Assembly: GCA_964016885.1 (NCBI GenBank)
Contig: OZ024744.1
Location: 124,186,001 to 124,250,000 of the forward strand
Source: Eledone cirrhosa
Taxonomy: Eukaryota
Direction of reading: 5' to 3'
Length of the DNA: 64,000 bases
The translations under genes and the position numbers were made by a program. Each line of letters starts with the position of its first letter. Within the stretch, counting starts at the first letter, position 1. The notes under the pieces were generated by a model. The model made no database searches. It was not told the origin of the DNA and saw nothing but the letters and a program-made list of their open reading frames with translations. Below are positions 1 through 12,439 of the stretch, piece by piece.

Positions 1-3000
1 CTGTAATAATTTGTCCAACCCATGTATGTAGGACAATAGTCTGTAATAACTTATCCAACCCATGACAGGTAGGACAATAGTCTGTAATAACTTGTCCAAC
101 CCATGACAGGTAAGACAATAGTCTGTAATAACTTGTCCAACCCATGCCAGGTAGGACAATAGTCTGTAATAACTTGTTCAACCCATGACAGGTAGGACAA
201 TAGTCTGCAATAACTTGTCCAACCCATGACAGCTAGGACAATAGTCTGTAATAACTTGTCCAACCCATGTATGTAGGACAATAGTCTGTAATAACTTGTC
301 CAACCCATGTATGTAGGCCAATAGTCTGTAATAACTTGTCCAACCCATGTATGTAGGACAATAGTCTGTAATAACTTGTCCAATCCATGTATGTAACACA
401 ATAGTGTGTAATAACTTGTCCATCCCATGACAGGTAGGACAATAGTCTGTAATAACTTGTCCAACCCATGTATGTAGGACAATAGTCTGTAATACCTCGT
501 CCAACCCATGACAGGTAGGACAATAGTCTGTAATAACTTGTCCAACCCATGACAGGTAGGACAATAGTCTGTAAAAACTTGGCCAACCCATGACAGGTAG
601 GACAATAGTCTGTAATAACTTGTCCAACCCATGACAGGTAGGACAATAGTCTGTAATAACTCGTCCAACCCATGACAGGTAGGACAATAGTCTGTAATAA
701 CTTGTCCAACCCATGACAGCTAGGACAATAGTCTGTAATAACTTGTCCAACCCATGACAGTTAGGACAATAGTCTGTAATAACTTGTCCAACCCATGACA
801 TGTAGGACAATAGTCTGTAATAACTTGTCCAACCCATGACAGGTAGGACAATAGTCTGTAATAACTTGTCCAACCCATGACATGTAGGACAATAGTCTGT
901 AATAACTTGTCTAACCCATGTATGTAGGACAATAGTCTGTAATAACTTGTCCAACCCATGCATGTAGGACAATAGTCTGTAATAACTTGTCCAAGCCATG
1001 ACAGGTAGGACAATAGTCTGTAATAACTTGTGCAACCCATGACAGGTAGGACAATAGTCTGTAATACCATGTCCAACCAATGACAGGTAGGACAATAGTC
1101 TGTAATAACTTGTCCAACCCATGTATGTAGGACAATACTCTGTAATAACTTGCCCAACCCATGACAGGTAGGACAATAGTCTGTAATAACTTGTCCAACC
1201 CATGACAGGTAGGACAATAGTCTGTAATAACTTGTCCATCCCATGACAGGTAGGACAATAGTCTGTAATAACTTGTCCAACCCATGACAGCTAGGACAAT
1301 AGTCTGTAATAACTTGTCCAACCCATGACAGTTAGGACAATAGTCTGTAATAACTTGTCCAACCCATGACATGTAGGACAATAGTCTGTAATAACTTGTC
1401 CAACCCATGACAGGTAGGACAATAGTCTGTAATAACTTGTCCAACCCATGACATGTAGGACAATAGTCTGTAATAACTTGTCTAACCCATGTATGTAGGA
1501 CAATAGTCTGTAATAACTTGTCCAACCCATGCATGTAGGACAATAGTCTGTAATAACTTGTCCAACCCATGTATGTAGGACAATAGTCCGTAATAACTTG
1601 TCCAACCCATGACAGGTAGGACAATAGTCTGTAATAACTTGTCCCTCCCATGACAGGTAGGACAATAGTCTGTAATAACTTGTCCAACCCATGACAGCTA
1701 GGACAATAGTCTGTAATAACTTGTCCAACCCATGACATGTAGGACAATAGTCTGTAATAACTTGTCCAACCCATGACAGGTAGGACAATAGTCTGTAATA
1801 CCTTGTCCAACCAATGACAGGTAGGAGAATAGTCTGTAATAACTTGTCCAACCCATAACAGGTAGGACAATAGTCTGTAATACCTTGTCCAACCAATGAC
1901 AAGTAGGACAATAGTCCGTAATAACTTGTCCATGCCATGTATGTAGGACAATAGTCTGTAATAACTTGTCCAACCCATGACAGTTAGGACAATAGTCTGT
2001 AATAACTTGTCCAACCCATGTATGTAGGACAATAGTCTGTAATAACTTGTCCAACCCATGACAGGTAGGACAATAGTCTGTAATAACTTGTCCAACCCAT
2101 GTATGTAGGACAATAGTCTGTAATAACTTGTCCAACCCATGACAGGTAGGACAATAGTCTGTAATAACTTGTCCAACCCATGTATGTAGGACAATAGTCT
2201 GTAATAACTTGTCCAACCGATGACAGGTAGGACAATAGTCTGTAATAACTTGTCCAACCCATGACAGGTAGGACAATAGTTTGTAATAACTTGTCCAACC
2301 CATGTATGTACGACAATAGTCTGTAATAACTTGCCTAACCCATGTATGTAGGACAATAGTCTGTAATAACTTGTCCAACCCATGTATGTAGGACAATAGT
2401 CTATAATAACTTGTCCAACCCATGTATGTATGACAATAGTCTGTAATAACTTGTCCAGCCCATGACAGGTAGGACAATAGTCTGTAATACCTCGTCCAAC
2501 CCATGACAGGTAGGACAATAGTCTGTAATACCTCATCCAACCCATGAGATGTAGGGCAATAGTCTGTAATAACTTGTCCAACCCATGTATGTAGGACAAT
2601 AGTCTGTAATAACTTGTCCAACCCATGACAGGTAGGACAATAGTCTGTAATAACTTGTCCAACCCATGTATGCAGGACAATAGTCTGTAATAACTTATCC
2701 AACCCATGACAGGTAGGACAATAGTCTGTAATAACTTATCCAACCCATGAGAGGTAGGGCAATAGTCTGTAATAACTTGTCGAACCCATGTATGCAGGAC
2801 AATAGTCTGTAATAACTTGTCCAACCCATGACAGGTAGGACAATAGTCTGTAATAACTTGTCCATCCCATGACAGGTAGGACAATAGTCTGTAATAACTT
2901 GTCCAACCCATGACAGCTAGGACAGTAGTCTGTAATAACTTGTCCAACCCATGACAGGTAGGACAATAGTCTGTAATAACTTGTCCAACCCATGACATGT

Positions 3001-3432
3001 AGGACAATAGTCTGTAATAACTTGTCCAACCCATGACAGGTAGGACAATAGTCTGTAATAATTTGTCCAACCCATGTATGTAGGACAATAGTCTGTAATA
3101 ACTTATCCAACCCATGACAGGTAGGACAATAGTCTGTAATAACTTGTCCAACCCATGACAGGTAAGACAATGGTCTGTAATAACTTGTCCAACCCATGCC
3201 AGGTAGGACAATAGTCTGTAATAACTTGTCCAACCGATGACAGGTAGGACAATAGTCTGTAATAACTTGTCCAACCCATGACAGCTAGGACAATAGTCTG
3301 TAATAACTTGTCCAACCCATGACAGGTAGGGCAATAGTCTGTAATAACTTGTCCAACCCATGACAGGTAGGACAATAGTCTGTAATAACTTGTCCAACCC
3401 GTGTATGTAGGACAATAGTCTGTAATAACTTG

Positions 3433-6400
3433 TCCAACCCATGACAGCTAGGACAATAGTCTGTAATAACTTGTCTAACCCATGTTTGTAGGACAATAGT
3501 CTGTAATAACTTGTCCAACCCATGTATGTAGGACAATAGTCTGTAATAACTCGTCCAACCCATGTATGTAGGACAATAGTCTGTAATAACTTGTCCAACC
3601 CATGACAGGTAAGACAATATTCTGTAATAACTTGTTCAACCCATGTATGTAAGACAATAGTCTGTAATAACTTGTCCAACCCATGACAGGTAGTACAATA
3701 GTCTGTAATAACTTGTCCAACCCATGACAGGTAGGAAAATAGTCTGAAATAACTTGTCCAACCCATGACATGTAGGACAATAGTCTGTAATACCCTGTCC
3801 AACCAATGACAGGTAGGACAATAGTCTGTAATAACTTGTCCAACCCATGTATGTAGGACAATAGTCTTTAATAACTTGTCCAACCCATGTATGTAGGACA
3901 ATAGCCTGTAATAACTTGTCCAACCCATGACAGGTAGTACAATAGTCTGTAATAATTTGTCCAAGCCATGTATGTAGGTCAATAGCCTGTAATAACTTGT
4001 CCAACCTATGACAGGTAGGGCAATAGTCTGTAATAACTTGCCCAACCCATGACAGGTAGGACAATAGTGTGTAATAACTTGTCCAACCCATGACAGGTAG
4101 GACAATAGTCTGTAATAACTTGTACAACCCATGATAGGTAGGACAATAGTCTGTAATAACTTGTCCAACCCATGACAGGTAGGACAATAGTCTGTAATAA
4201 CTTGTCCAACCCATGTATTTAGGACAATAGTCTGTAATAACTTGTCCAACCCATGACAGGTAAGACAATATTCTGTAATAACTTGTCCATCCCATGACAG
4301 GTAGGACAATAGTCTGTAATAACTTGTCCAACCCATGACAGCTAGGACAATAGTCTGTAATAACTTGTCGAACCCATGTATGTAGGACAATAGTCTGTAA
4401 TAAATTGTCCAACCCATGACAGGTAGGACAATAGTCTGTAATAACTTGTCCAACCCATGACAGGTAGGACAATAATCTGTAATAACTTGTCTAACCCATG
4501 TATGTAGGACAATAGTCTGTAATAACTTGTCCAACCCATGTATGTAGGACAATAGTCTGTAACAACTTGTCCAACCCATGTATGTAGGACAATAGTCTGT
4601 AATAACTTGTCCAACCCATGTATGTAGGACAATAGTCTGTAATAACTTGTCCAACCCATGACAGGTAGGTCAATAGTCTGTAATAACTTGTCCAACCCAT
4701 GTATGTAGGACAATAGTCTGTAATAACTTGTCCAACCCATGACAGGTAGGACAATAGTCTGTAATAACTTGGCCAACCCATGACAGGTAGGACAATAGTC
4801 TGTAATAACTTGTCCAACCCATGACAGGTAGGACAATAGTCTGTAATAACTTGTCCAACCCATGTATGTAGGATAATAGTCTGTAATAATTTGTCCAACC
4901 CATGACAGGTAAGACAATACTCTGTAATAACTTGTCGAACCCATGACAGGTAGGACAAATGTCTGTAATAACTTGTCCAACCCATGACAGGTAAGACAAT
5001 ATTCTGTAATAACTTGTCCAACCCATGTATGTAAGACAATAGTCTGTAATAACTTGTCCAACCCAATTGAGGTAGGACAATAGTCTAATAACTTGTCCAA
5101 CTCATGACAGGTAGGACAATAGTCTGTAATAACTTGTCCAACACATGTATTTAGGACAATAGTCTGTAATAACTTGTCCAAGCCATGACAGGTAGGACAA
5201 TAGTCTGTAATAACTTGTCCAACCCATGACAGGTAGGACAATAGTCTGTAATACCTTGTCCAACCAATGACAGGTAGGACAATAGTCTGTAACAACTTGT
5301 CCAACCCATGTATGTAGGACAATACTCTGTAATAACTTGCCCAACCCATGTATGTGGACAATAGTCTGTAATAACTTGTCCAACCCATGACAGGTAGGAC
5401 AATAGTCTGTAATAACTTGTCCATCCCATGACAGGTAGGACAATAGTCTGTAATAACTTGTCCAACCCATGACAGCTAGGACAATAGTCTGTAATAACTT
5501 GTCCAACCCATGACAGGTAGGACAATAGTCTGTAATAACTTGTCCAACCCATGACATGTAGGACAATAGTCTGTAATAACTTGTCCAACCCATGACAGGT
5601 AGGACAATAGTCTGTAATAACTTGTCCAACACATGTATGCAGGACAATAGTCTGTAATAAATTGTCCAACCCATGACAGGTAGGACAATAGTCTGTAATA
5701 ACTTGTCCAACCCATGCATGTAGGACAATAGTCTGTAATAACTTGTCCAACCCATGTATGTAGGACAATAGTCTGTAATAACTTGTCCAACCCATGTATG
5801 TAGGACAATAGTCTGTAATAACTTGTCCAACCCATGACAGGTAAGACAATATTCTGTAATAACTTGTCCAACCCATGTATTGAAGACAATAGTCTGTAAT
5901 AACTTGTCCAACCCATGACAGGTAGTACAATAGTCTGTAATATCTTGTCCAACCCATGACAGGTAGGACAATAGTCTGTAATACCTTGTCCAACCAATGA
6001 CAGGTAGGAAAATAGTCTGTAATAACTTGTCCAACCCATGACAGGTAGGACAATAGTCTGTAATACCTTGTCCAACCAATGACAGGTAGGACAATAGTCT
6101 GTAATAACTTGTCCAACCCATGTATGTAGGACAATAGTCTTTAATAACTTGTCCAACCCATGTATGTAGGACAATAGCCTGTAATAACTTGTCCAACCCA
6201 TGACAGGTAGTACAATAGTCTGTAATAATTTGTCTAACCCATGTATGTAGGTCAATAGCCTGTAATAACTTGTCCAACCTATGACAGGTAGGACAATAGT
6301 CTGTAAAAACTTGCCCAACCCATGACAGGTAGGACAATAGTGTGTAATAACTTGTGCAACCCATGACAGGTAGGACAATAGTCGGTAATAACTTGTCCAA

Positions 6401-9400
6401 CCCATGTATGTAGGACAATAGTCGGTAATAACTTGTACAACCCATGATAGGTAGGACAATAGTCTGTAATAACTTGTCCAACCCATGACAGCTAGGACAA
6501 TAGTCTGTAATAACTTGTCCAACCCATGTATGTAGGACAATAGTCTGTAATAACTTGTCCAACCCATGTATGTAGGACAATAGTCTGTAATAACTTGTCC
6601 AACCCATGTATGTAGGACAATAGTCTGTAATAACTTGTCCAACCCATGTATGTACGACAATAGTGTGTAATAACTTGTCCATACCATGACAGGTAGGACA
6701 ATAGTCTGTAATAACTTGTCCAACCCATGTATGTAGGACAATAGTCTGTAATAACTTGTCAAACCCATGACAGGTAGGACAATAGTCTGTAATAACTTGG
6801 CCAACCCATGACAGCTAGGACAATAGTCTGTAATAACTTGTCTAACCCATGTTTGTAGGACAATAGTCTGTAATAACTTGTCCAACCCATGTATGTAGGA
6901 CAATAGTCTGTAATAACTCGTCCAACCCATGTATGTAGGACAATAGTCTGTAATAACTTGTCCAACCCATGACAGGTAAGACAATATTCTGTAATAACTT
7001 GTTCAACCCATGTATGTAAGACAATAGTCTGTAATAACTTGTCCAACCCATGACAGGTAGTACAATAGTCTGTAATAACTTGTCCAACCCATGACAGGTA
7101 GGAAAATAGTCTGAAATAACTTGTCCAACCCATGACATGTAGGACAATAGTCTGTAATACCCTGTCCAACCAATGACAGGTAGGACAATAGTCTGTAATA
7201 ACTTGTCCAACCCATGTATGTAGGACAATAGTCTTTAATAACTTGTCCAACCCATGTATGTAGGACAATAGCCTGTAATAACTTGTCCAACCCATGACAG
7301 GTAGTACAATAGTCTGTAATAATTTGTCCAAGCCATGTATGTAGGTCAATAGCCTGTAATAACTTGTCCAACCTATGACAGGTAGGGCAATAGTCTGTAA
7401 TAACTTGCCCAACCCATGACAGGTAGGACAATAGTGTGTAATAACTTGTCCAACCCATGACAGGTAGGACAATAGTCTGTAATAACTTGTACAACCCATG
7501 ATAGGTAGGACAATAGTCTGTAATAACTTGTCCAACCCATGACAGGTAGGACAATAGTCTGTAATAACTTGTCCAACCCATGTATTTAGGACAATAGTCT
7601 GTAATAACTTGTCCAACCCATGACAGGTAAGACAATATTCTGTAATAACTTGTCCATCCCATGACAGGTAGGACAATAGTCTGTAATAACTTGTCCAACC
7701 CATGACAGCTAGGACAATAGTCTGTAATAACTTGTCGAACCCATGTATGTAGGACAATAGTCTGTAATAAATTGTCCAACCCATGACAGGTAGGACAATA
7801 GTCTGTAATAACTTGTCCAACCCATGACAGGTAGGACAATAATCTGTAATAACTTGTCTAACCCATGTATGTAGGACAATAGTCTGTAATAACTTGTCCA
7901 ACCCATGTATGTAGGACAATAGTCTGTAACAACTTGTCCAACCCATGTATGTAGGACAATAGTCTGTAATAACTTGTCCAACCCATGTATGTAGGACAAT
8001 AGTCTGTAATAACTTGTCCAACCCATGACAGGTAGGTCAATAGTCTGTAATAACTTGTCCAACCCATGTATGTAGGACAATAGTCTGTAATAACTTGTCC
8101 AACCCATGACAGGTAGGACAATAGTCTGTAATAACTTGGCCAACCCATGACAGGTAGGACAATAGTCTGTAATAACTTGTCCAACCCATGACAGGTAGGA
8201 CAATAGTCTGTAATAACTTGTCCAACCCATGTATGTAGGATAATAGTCTGTAATAATTTGTCCAACCCATGACAGGTAAGACAATACTCTGTAATAACTT
8301 GTCGAACCCATGACAGGTAGGACAAATGTCTGTAATAACTTGTCCAACCCATGACAGGTAAGACAATATTCTGTAATAACTTGTCCAACCCATGTATGTA
8401 AGACAATAGTCTGTAATAACTTGTCCAACCCAATTGAGGTAGGACAATAGTCTAATAACTTGTCCAACTCATGACAGGTAGGACAATAGTCTGTAATAAC
8501 TTGTCCAACACATGTATTTAGGACAATAGTCTGTAATAACTTGTCCAAGCCATGACAGGTAGGACAATAGTCTGTAATAACTTGTCCAACCCATGACAGG
8601 TAGGACAATAGTCTGTAATACCTTGTCCAACCAATGACAGGTAGGACAATAGTCTGTAACAACTTGTCCAACCCATGTATGTAGGACAATACTCTGTAAT
8701 AACTTGCCCAACCCATGTATGTGGACAATAGTCTGTAATAACTTGTCCAACCCATGACAGGTAGGACAATAGTCTGTAATAACTTGTCCATCCCATGACA
8801 GGTAGGACAATAGTCTGTAATAACTTGTCCAACCCATGACAGCTAGGACAATAGTCTGTAATAACTTGTCCAACCCATGACAGGTAGGACAATAGTCTGT
8901 AATAACTTGTCCAACCCATGACATGTAGGACAATAGTCTGTAATAACTTGTCCAACCCATGACAGGTAGGACAATAGTCTGTAATAACTTGTCCAACACA
9001 TGTATGCAGGACAATAGTCTGTAATAAATTGTCCAACCCATGACAGGTAGGACAATAGTCTGTAATAACTTGTCCAACCCATGCATGTAGGACAATAGTC
9101 TGTAATAACTTGTCCAACCCATGTATGTAGGACAATAGTCTGTAATAACTTGTCCAACCCATGTATGTAGGACAATAGTCTGTAATAACTTGTCCAACCC
9201 ATGACAGGTAAGACAATATTCTGTAATAACTTGTCCAACCCATGTATTGAAGACAATAGTCTGTAATAACTTGTCCAACCCATGACAGGTAGTACAATAG
9301 TCTGTAATATCTTGTCCAACCCATGACAGGTAGGACAATAGTCTGTAATACCTTGTCCAACCAATGACAGGTAGGAAAATAGTCTGTAATAACTTGTCCA

Positions 9401-10180
9401 ACCCATGACAGGTAGGACAATAGTCTGTAATACCTTGTCCAACCAATGACAGGTAGGACAATAGTCTGTAATAACTTGTCCAACCCATGTATGTAGGACA
9501 ATAGTCTTTAATAACTTGTCCAACCCATGTATGTAGGACAATAGCCTGTAATAACTTGTCCAACCCATGACAGGTAGTACAATAGTCTGTAATAATTTGT
9601 CTAACCCATGTATGTAGGTCAATAGCCTGTAATAACTTGTCCAACCTATGACAGGTAGGACAATAGTCTGTAAAAACTTGCCCAACCCATGACAGGTAGG
9701 ACAATAGTGTGTAATAACTTGTGCAACCCATGACAGGTAGGACAATAGTCGGTAATAACTTGTCCAACCCATGTATGTAGGACAATAGTCGGTAATAACT
9801 TGTACAACCCATGATAGGTAGGACAATAGTCTGTAATAACTTGTCCAACCCATGACAGCTAGGACAATAGTCTGTAATAACTTGTCCAACCCATGTATGT
9901 AGGACAATAGTCTGTAATAACTTGTCCAACCCATGTATGTAGGACAATAGTCTGTAATAACTTGTCCAACCCATGTATGTAGGACAATAGTCTGTAATAA
10001 CTTGTCCAACCCATGTATGTACGACAATAGTGTGTAATAACTTGTCCATACCATGACAGGTAGGACAATAGTCTGTAATAACTTGTCCAACCCATGTATG
10101 TAGGACAATAGTCTGTAATAACTTGTCAAACCCATGACAGGTAGGACAATAGTCTGTAATAACTTGGCCAACCCATGACA
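3433..10180. repeat. Tandem duplication with a 3367-bp period (about 3433-6800 and 6800-10180)
   Basis: Private variants recur exactly 3367 bp apart: CAATTGAGG at 5064/8431, GGGCAA..TTGCCC at 4018/7385, TATGTGGAC (1-bp deletion) at 5351/8718. ORF pairs 3636/7003, 4342/7709, 5151/8518 and 6492/9859 have identical translations. Confidence 0.95.
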
Positions 10181-12439
10181 GGTAGGACAATAGTCTGTAA
10201 TAACTTGTCCAACCCATGACAGGTAGGACAATAGTCTGTAATAACTTGTCCAACCCATGTATGTAGGACAATAGTCTGTAATAACTTGTCCAACCCATGA
10301 CAGGTAAGACAATACTCTGTAATAACTTGTCGAACCCATGACAGGTAGGACAATAGTCTGTAATAACTCGTCCAACCCATGTATGTAGGACAAATGTCTG
10401 TAATAACTTGTCCAACCCATGACAGGTAAGACAATATTCTGTAATAACTTGTCCAACCCATGACAGGTAGGACAATAGTCTGTAATAACTCGTCCAACCC
10501 ATGTATGTAGGACAATAGTCTGTAATAACTTGTCCAACCCATGACAGGTAAGACAATATTCTGTAATAACTTGTCCAACCCATGTATGTAAGACAATAGT
10601 CTGTAATAACTTGTCCAACCCAATTCAGGTAGGACAATAGTCTAATAACTTGTCCAACTCATGACAGGTAGGACAATAGTCTGTAATAACTTGTCCAACC
10701 CATGTATTTAGGACAATAGTCTGTAATAACTTGTCCAACCCATGACAGCTAGGACAATAGTCTGTAATAACTTGTCCAACCCATGACAGGTAGAACAATA
10801 GTCTGTAATAACTTGTCCAACCCATGACAGGTAGGACAATAGTCTGTAATAACTTGTCGAACCCATGTATGTAGGACAATAGTCTGTAATAAATTGTCCA
10901 ACCCATGACAGGTAGGACAATAGTCTGTAATAACTTGTCCAACCCATGACAGGTAGGACAATAATCTGTAATAACTTGTCTAACCCATGTATGTAGGACA
11001 ATAGTCTGTAATAACTTGTCCAACCCATGCATGTAGGACAATAGTCTGTAATAACTTGTCCAACTCATGTATGTAGGACAATAGTCTGTAATAACTTGTC
11101 CAACCCATGTATGTAGGACAATAGTCTGTAATAACTTGTCCAACCCATGACAGGTAAGACAATATTCTGTAATAACTTGTCCAACCCATGTATGTAAGAC
11201 AATAGTCTGTAATAACTTGTCCAACCCATGACAGGTAGTACAATAGTCTGTAATATCTTGTCCAACCCATGACAGGTAGGACAATAGTCTGTAATACCTT
11301 GTCCAACCAATGACAGGTAGGAAAATAGTCTGTAATAACTTTTCCAACCCATGACAGGTAGGACAATAGTCTGTAATACCTTGTCCAAACAATGACAGGT
11401 AGGACAATAGTCTGTAATAACTTGTCCAACCCATGTATGTAGGACAATAGTCTTTAATAACTTGTCCAACCCATGTATGTAGGACAATAGCCTGTAATAA
11501 CTTGTCCAACCCATAACAGGTAGTACAATAATCTGTAATAATTTGTCCAACCCATGTATGTAGGTCAATAGCCTGTAATAACTTGTCCAACCTATGACAG
11601 GTAGGACAATAGTCTGTAATAACTTGCCCAACCCATGACAGGTAGGACAATAGTGTGTAATAACTTGTCCAACCCATGACAGGTAGGACAATAGTCTGTA
11701 ATAACTTGTCCAACCCATGACAGGTAGGACAATAGTCTGTAATAACTTGTCCAACCCATGACATGTAGGACAATAGTCTGTAATAACTTGTCCAACCCAT
11801 GTATGTAGGACAATAGTCTGTAATAACTTGTCCAACCCATGTATGTAGGACAATAGTCTGTAATAACTTGTCCAACCCATGTATGTAGGACAATAGTCTG
11901 TAATAACTTGTCCAACCCATGTATGTACGACAATAGTGTGTAATAACTTGTCCATCCCATGACAGGTAGGACAATAGTCTGTAATAACTTGTCCAACCCA
12001 TGTATGTAGGACAATAGTCTGTAATAACTTGTCAAACCCATGACAGGTAGGACAATAGTCTGTAATAACTTGGCCAACCCATGACAGGTAGGACAATAGT
12101 CTGTAATAACTTTTCCAACCCATGACAGGTAAGACAATAGTCTGTAATAACTTGTCCAACCCATGTATGTAGGACAATAGTCTGTAATAACTTGTCCAAC
12201 CCATGGCAGGTAAGACAATACTCTGTAATAACTTGTCGAACCCATGACAGGTAGGACAATAGTCTGTAATAACTCGTCCAACCCATGTATGTAGGACAAA
12301 TGTCTGTAATAACTTGTCCAACCCATGACAGGTAAGACAATATTCTGTAATAACTTGTCCAACCCATGACAGGTAGGACAATAGTCTGTAATAACTCGTC
12401 CAACCCATGTATGTAGGACAATAGTCTGTAATAACTTGT

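Noticed and set aside
66-95. Splice-donor-like CAGGTAGG/CAGGTAAG, Shine-Dalgarno-like AGGA and -10-like TAATAA/TATAAT motifs
   Set aside because: These short motifs are expected by chance and are repeated only because the monomer is. There is no gene context to support function.
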